Shown piece by piece: positions 44,701 through 46,455 of a DNA stretch of 46,455 nucleotides. The stretch lies in contig NC_068982.1 in NCBI RefSeq assembly GCF_001194135.2, positions 134,534,191 to 134,580,645 of the forward strand, in the 5' to 3' direction. The first letter of the stretch is position 1, and every line of letters begins with the position of its first letter. The notes under the pieces were generated by a model. That model was given only the letters and a program-made list of their open reading frames with translations, did not search any database and had not been told where the DNA came from. The position numbers and the translations under genes are program-made. Source of the DNA: Octopus bimaculoides. Its lineage: Eukaryota.

Positions 44701-45538
44701 TGTTTTTCCTGTGGCCATCTACTGGGCAGATGACCACTAGAGAGAAACATTAACCACATTGATATCACAGAGGTGTCAGAGGATGTGCAAAGGCCATGGG
44801 CATGGCCTCTTCCACCAGATCAAAAAAGCCAAAAAAAGTTTTAACTAATTTCACACATCCAAAAGATTATGCTTACTTTTCTCTCTGGCCAATATAAGTT
44901 TTATGTCGAGAAATATTAAAACATATAAATGTATGTGTGCATGACTACTTACTTACAAAAGTTTACACATACATACAGACACAAAATTACACAATGCAAA
45001 GGTAAAGATTGTTTGCCAACATAACATGGCAGTTCTGGTTTAGGACTAATGTTGCTGTAATTTAGCCCCAAGAGACATCGTCTCCAGCTGGCTATACAAC
45101 ATGATCTGTGTCCTTACATTTTCGAACAAAGGAATCTAGCACCCCTTGTTCGAAAATATAAGGACATAGATCATGTCATATAGCCAGCTGGAGATGATGT
45201 CTCCTGGGGCTAAATCACAGCAACATTCGTCCTAAACCAGGACTGCCATGTTATGTTGGCAAAAATCTTTACTCCAAAGTACTGTTGCTGAAAATCTCTT
45301 GTTGTGAGATTTAAAAATAGTAATTTTGTACAGTCTATAACTATAACAGTCAGACAAAATGAAAATGTAAGTATTTCAATAATAGTAATAATAATAAAAG
45401 TGACTGGTAACTTACTTTATTGCCTAATTCCTCTTGAAGACACAAACTGGTGAGTATGGAGAGTGAGAAGATTATCATGCTCAAGTTATTATGAGACAGA
45501 AACGGGATCAAAGTCAGCTTCAGCTTGCGAGATACTTC
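2736..45538 (-). CDS. CIP2A: CIP2A (KIAA1524, cancerous inhibitor of PP2A) orthologue; 17 coding exons in window, 5' end outside window
   Basis: The exons join in frame (2127 nt). Peptides are collinear with recalled human CIP2A: LFNANNINQTFKMMFNIVING ~ [30 protein letters not shown] ~ LGESIAANN; QLQDLLEAKTLAVVRADRVI ~ [33 protein letters not shown] ~ KHSHMIAMIHSLS. Confidence 0.95.
2994..3383. repeat. 65-bp minisatellite, ~5.8 near-identical copies, in the last CIP2A intron
   Basis: tagaacc recurs at 3001, 3066, 3131, 3196, 3261 and 3326. Confidence 0.97.
4032..4401 (-). mobile_element. tRNA-derived SINE, full length, 13-bp target-site duplication
   Basis: Head gtagaggtgcaatggcccagtggttagggcagcggac...ggtttcgattcc (A and B boxes); TSD tgataaaataagt at 4019-4031 and 4402-4414. 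Confidence 0.88.
5529..5668 (-). CDS. CIP2A: CIP2A exon (140 nt, phase 1/0)
   Basis: cttcttcag|CATTAC...CAAAAG|gtaggt; LQKTVSEIEEQLQKLSKERDDLDEAIEKVRRSLDKTEIEKKELQQK. Confidence 0.92.
5991..6303 (-). mobile_element. Second copy of the same tRNA-derived SINE family; head lost in a gap
   Basis: Near-identical to 4032-4330. Confidence 0.88.
6571..6632 (-). CDS. CIP2A: CIP2A exon (62 nt, phase 2/1)
   Basis: cattttacag|GAGTCTT...GTTAAAT|gtaagt; SLEKQGKLSRQLKESESMVK; bridges phase 2 to phase 1. Confidence 0.82.
8912..9025 (-). CDS. CIP2A: CIP2A exon (114 nt, phase 2/2)
   Basis: gtgcaatag|GTTAGAG...GAAGT|gtaagt; LENAEHMLNTLRQEHTSLTEMHEILRKHHETLKQQNE. Confidence 0.9.
9236..9463. mobile_element. 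TTAA-flanked MITE, same family as 28692-28920
   Basis: ttaactcttttggtgc ... ggtaacaaaagggttaa. Confidence 0.6.
9549..9912 (-). mobile_element. tRNA-head SINE with conserved central domain and gaaacaagtaaaa tail, slightly 5'-truncated
   Basis: Reverse complement of the 42143-42513 element. Confidence 0.85.
9940..10062 (+). pseudogene. Decayed RTE ORF2 C-terminal fragment
   Basis: MDEDSCMKKC*ALIVEGTSGRGKPRKTWDEVVRKNLRM, homologous to 590-720. Confidence 0.8.
11673..11738. repeat. (GA)n microsatellite
   Basis: Directly visible. Confidence 0.95.
12097..12159 (-). CDS. CIP2A: CIP2A exon (63 nt, phase 2/2)
   Basis: gatttcag|ACTGGC...CAAAA|gtaaga; LALMAEEHTVLKENYNEQSQ (~human LESVAEEHEILTKSY). 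Confidence 0.88.
12935..13056 (-). CDS. CIP2A: CIP2A exon (122 nt, phase 0/2), coiled coil
   Basis: tatcttcag|AACTGT...CAGAA|gtgaga; NCSIRNMLRTFEKRTEEYQEKLQNMTALETNYNNLLAEKQ. Confidence 0.88.
13568..13678 (-). CDS. CIP2A: CIP2A exon (111 nt, phase 0/0)
   Basis: gtccttag|ATGAGA...GCAGAG|gtaagt; MREQQLQDLLEAKTLAVVRADRVISQFRSRRAEAEAE. Confidence 0.94.
13790..14100 (-). mobile_element. RTE 3'-end-derived element with (CAT)n tail. Similar copies at ~5200-5490, 7060-7170, 18600-18900, 20142-20400, 21285-21530, 22530-22850, 25537-25671, 27890-28330, 33745-33900, 36520-36958, 39000-39435 and 45565-45790
   Basis: Shared catcatttaacgtccgctttccatgctagcatgggttggacg...ctacagctggatgcccttcctaacgccaaccac motif, matching the LINE 3'UTR at 1231-1441. 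Confidence 0.88.
14746..15035. mobile_element. piggyBac-like MITE (TIR CCCATAAAGTGC, TTAA duplication) nested in an RTE-tail element
   Basis: ttaa|cacataaagtgc ... gcactttatggg|ttaa; the host repeat resumes on both sides; inverted second copy at 40884-41157. Confidence 0.8.
15237..15299 (-). CDS. CIP2A: CIP2A exon (63 nt, phase 0/0)
   Basis: tttttccag|GTAAAA...ATGCAG|gtaaga; VKDVKLSEMIDVYEHKLQSMQ. Confidence 0.92.
15683..15893 (-). CDS. CIP2A: CIP2A exon (211 nt, phase 2/0)
   Basis: ttattttag|GTTGGGT...TTAGAG|gttggt; [14 protein letters not shown]...SIEDLIEKLQTGLE; the weak donor was chosen because it fits the phase of the next exon. Confidence 0.88.
16266..16433 (+). mobile_element. Putative 5' LTR of a Ty3/Gypsy element
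   Basis: Bounded by TGTTG...CAACA; internal tataaa; immediately precedes gag-like sequence. Confidence 0.65.
16435..17282 (+). pseudogene. Degenerate Ty3/Gypsy (K02A2.6/Mag-like) gag with zinc knuckle
   Basis: SIANSIGEFIYNPEEGTTFSAYFRRY; FKCLIFVQEL...KLTLQAVAEECQRIINLRHD; CX2CX4HX4C knuckle CFECEKIGHKSLHC at 17205-17246; stops and frameshifts between the segments. Confidence 0.85.
20590..21028 (+). mobile_element. tRNA-head SINE with central domain and RTE-like (ATG)n tail; similar copy at 39471-39866
   Basis: Head ggcacaggtgtggctgtgg...caccttgggcaag...ggaaactgaaagaagcc, then agaaaaatcttcc...aagtggatgataaatgatgatg. Confidence 0.75.
23667..24043 (-). mobile_element. Two tandem SINE monomers of the ggcggcgagctggcagaa family
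   Basis: Each contains aaaggcaaagtyracct...gaatttgaactcagaac...ttctgccarct; homologous to 37188-37622. Confidence 0.8.
24102..24432 (-). mobile_element. tRNA-head SINE (42143-42513 family)
   Basis: Reverse-complement homology across head, central domain and tail. Confidence 0.8.
27643..27761 (-). CDS. CIP2A: CIP2A exon (119 nt, phase 0/2)
   Basis: gctttcag|AATTCC...GTCGC|gtatgt; NSNIVQFLSKGFLSSDRNEVHAAINLLSIGSKLESFPHV. Confidence 0.9.
28692..28920. mobile_element. TTAA-flanked MITE (TIR cccttttgttac)
   Basis: ttaa|cccttttgttac ... gtaacgaaaagg|ttaa; relatives at 9236-9463 and ~32400-32624. Confidence 0.7.
32856..32949 (-). CDS. CIP2A: CIP2A exon (94 nt, phase 2/0)
   Basis: attccacag|TGACCTC...ATGCAG|gtaaaa; DLSVSLVLCVLNFLSFINVPTVKSFFENVMQ. 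Confidence 0.87.
32961..33014. repeat. A54 homopolymer (U54 in the CIP2A pre-mRNA), next to a splice acceptor
   Basis: Directly visible. Confidence 0.95.
33153..33297 (-). CDS. CIP2A: CIP2A exon (145 nt, phase 1/2)
   Basis: ggttcaac|ATATCTGCC...TGGGG|gtgagt; ICQESMFVEKMLSYLQVEDFHQLLEFHFNNTNFSMNHTRKDAKRQNW. Confidence 0.88.
35596..35917. mobile_element. Inverted pair of Penelope-like pseudo-LTRs around a (TTA)n spacer
   Basis: Arms ~35607-35729 and 35793-35917 are reverse complements; each carries ctgatgaaggctg...gaaa. Confidence 0.75.
35823..35868 (+). ncRNA. Minimal type I hammerhead ribozyme motif
   Basis: Stem I GCCAC/GTGGT; core CTGATGA(+A); stem II GGCTG/CAGCC; GAAA; palindromic ATAT stem III; predicted cleavage after 35863. 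Confidence 0.7.
37188..37622 (+). mobile_element. Two tandem SINE copies (ggcggcgagctggcagaa family) with (TTA)n tails. Others at ~5790-5950, 10227-10425, 14115-14315, 29235-29447 and 36170-36351
   Basis: Two repeats of aaggtrgyragctggyaga...gttcaaattctgc...actttgcctt...aggattatta. Confidence 0.85.
37621..37948 (+). mobile_element. Helentron-associated (HINE/DINE-1-like) non-autonomous element, tentative
   Basis: Starts attacctccaccttagcgaagacagagg, followed by a gtttgt tract; ends ccttgatggaggtttgtggtctctgagcgctcttgtt (subterminal inverted repeat to the 5' end). Confidence 0.5.
40177..40261. repeat. Near-perfect 34/35-bp inverted repeat with a 16-nt loop
   Basis: gtaaaagcacatgggttttgtttacatctaatcg / cgattagatgtaaacaaaaccccatgtgcttttac. 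Confidence 0.95.
40606..40765 (-). CDS. CIP2A: CIP2A exon (160 nt, phase 0/1), followed by the U12 AT-AC intron
   Basis: ttctttag|GAATTG...CTTTGTA|atatcctttt; ELNENSWLKDQEKSVESLLTVLHK...KQILVIKALC. Confidence 0.88.
40884..41157. mobile_element. Second copy of the CCCATAAA TTAA-MITE, running into a gap
   Basis: Reverse complement of ~14775-15035; begins ttaa|cccataaa. Confidence 0.8.
41747..41962 (-). CDS. CIP2A: CIP2A exon (216 nt, phase 0/0)
   Basis: cttttcag|GTGTTT...TTGGAG|gtattt; VFELFISFCSVRSIRKML...ASCRALELCIEILE. Confidence 0.92.
42143..42513 (+). mobile_element. Full-length tRNA-derived SINE
   Basis: A box tggctgtgtgg, B box ggttcagtcc, central ccttgggcaagtgtcttctactatagcc...gacggaaactgaaagaagcc, tail gactgaaacaagtaaaa. 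Confidence 0.88.
42669..42744 (-). CDS. CIP2A: CIP2A exon (76 nt, phase 2/0)
   Basis: tttttacatcag|GTTTACT...ACAAAG|gtatgc; FTHLSASLKEVFVLLGSCSALTATK; bridges the flanking phases. Confidence 0.85.
44177..44322 (-). CDS. CIP2A: CIP2A exon (146 nt, phase 0/2)
   Basis: ttgtcag|CTGTTC...GCAGT|gtaagt; LFNANNINQTFKMMFNIVINGESGTSRLYAIDLFIDMMKNSKIQQLLA. Confidence 0.93.
45002..45272. repeat. Fold-back element, ~128-bp arms with a 16-nt loop (MITE-like)
   Basis: 45002-45129 is the imperfect reverse complement of 45146-45272. Confidence 0.9.
45416..45538 (-). CDS. CIP2A: CIP2A exon (first in window, 123 nt, phase 0/0)
   Basis: ttgtag|GAAGTA...AATAAA|gtaagt; EVSRKLKLTLIPFLSHNNLSMIIFSLSILTSLCLQEELGNK. 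Confidence 0.9.
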
Positions 45539-46172
45539 CTACAAGTAAAATAGAAATATTCATTATCATCATCATTGTTTAAGGTCTGCCTTCCATGCTG
45601 GTATGGGTGGGGTGGTTTGACAGGGGCCAGCCAGGCAGAAGCCTGCACTAGACTTCTGTGACTGTTTTGGCAGGATTTTTACAGCTGGATGCCCTTTCCA
45701 GCAGAGTGGTCTTAGTGCTCTTTACATGGCACAAGCACAGGTGAGGTTAGTTTTGGCAAGGTTTTTACAGCTGGATGCCCTTGCATACATAAATACACAT
45801 ATGGAGAGGATGTGTGTGCATAAGGTCAAACAGAATTTGTTGAAGCAGATTTTCTACAGCCAGATACCCTTCCTGTCACTAACCCTCACCTGCTTCCAAG
45901 CAAGGTTAAATTTCTCCATGGCCAAACAAGTTTTTCAGGAAAGACTGGAAACAAACAACCTCACCTGTATGATGATTATGCGTATGTGTGTATGTAAGAA
46001 TGTGTAAGTGTGCATATAGGGGGTAGTGATCTTGATATGTGTGCATGTGTAAGTGTGGGTGTGTGGATGATGGCGTGTGGGTGCTGAGACGTGGTCATAA
46101 ATGCCTGCACAGAGCTTCCAGGACAGTCTGCTTCAACATGTAAAACTGGGGGTAACAGTCAATCCCTATCTA

Positions 46173-46455
46173 TCTATATATATAAAAATGAGAATGTGTG
46201 TCTGTCTGTCTGTGTGTGTGTGTGTGTGTGAATCCCTAAAACTCAAGAACTACGCAACCAATTTCATTCAAATTTTACAGATGCCTTACTTAGGGTTCCA
46301 GTTGTGTTTTAGTCAAAAAAATTTTTTTACTTCTTGCAGAGTTCGAGTCCAAGGCAACATAATATCTCCTCCACTATTTAAGTATTATGTGTCAAAAGTG
46401 AAACAAAAACACTCATGTCAAATACTTTCACTTTAAAAATGAAACTATTCCACTA
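46173..46455 (+). mobile_element. 5' end of a Helitron-like non-autonomous element
   Basis: a|TCtatatatataaaaatgagaatgtgtgtctgtctgtc...ccaatttcattcaaatttt, typical of Helitron 5' termini; 3' end outside the window. Confidence 0.5.

Overview
Eukaryotic, AT-rich, repeat-dense scaffold window. The SINE/LINE families point to a coleoid cephalopod, most likely Octopus (inference). There are seven assembly gaps: 739-1230, 6304-6533, 17283-18154, 19415-19769, 27056-27065, 29710-30017 and 41158-41186. One protein-coding gene occupies nearly the whole window on the minus strand: a CIP2A (KIAA1524) orthologue. I read 17 coding exons by hand (45538 down to the stop at 2736; 2127 nt, 708 aa plus stop). 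All splice phases are consistent, and the 5' exons lie beyond the right edge. One intron (33298-40605) is a minor-spliceosome (U12) AT-AC intron. Inside it lies an inverted pair of Penelope-like terminal repeats carrying a minimal hammerhead-ribozyme motif, intact on the antisense strand and decayed on the CIP2A sense strand. The other introns hold RTE-LINE fragments, several tRNA-derived SINE families, a decayed Ty3/Gypsy LTR+gag remnant, TTAA-flanked MITEs, Helitron/Helentron-like pieces, fold-back hairpins and minisatellites. No rRNA, functional tRNA or CRISPR array is supported. Homology statements rest on my recollection of human CIP2A and of element families; no search was run. Repeat boundaries are approximate.
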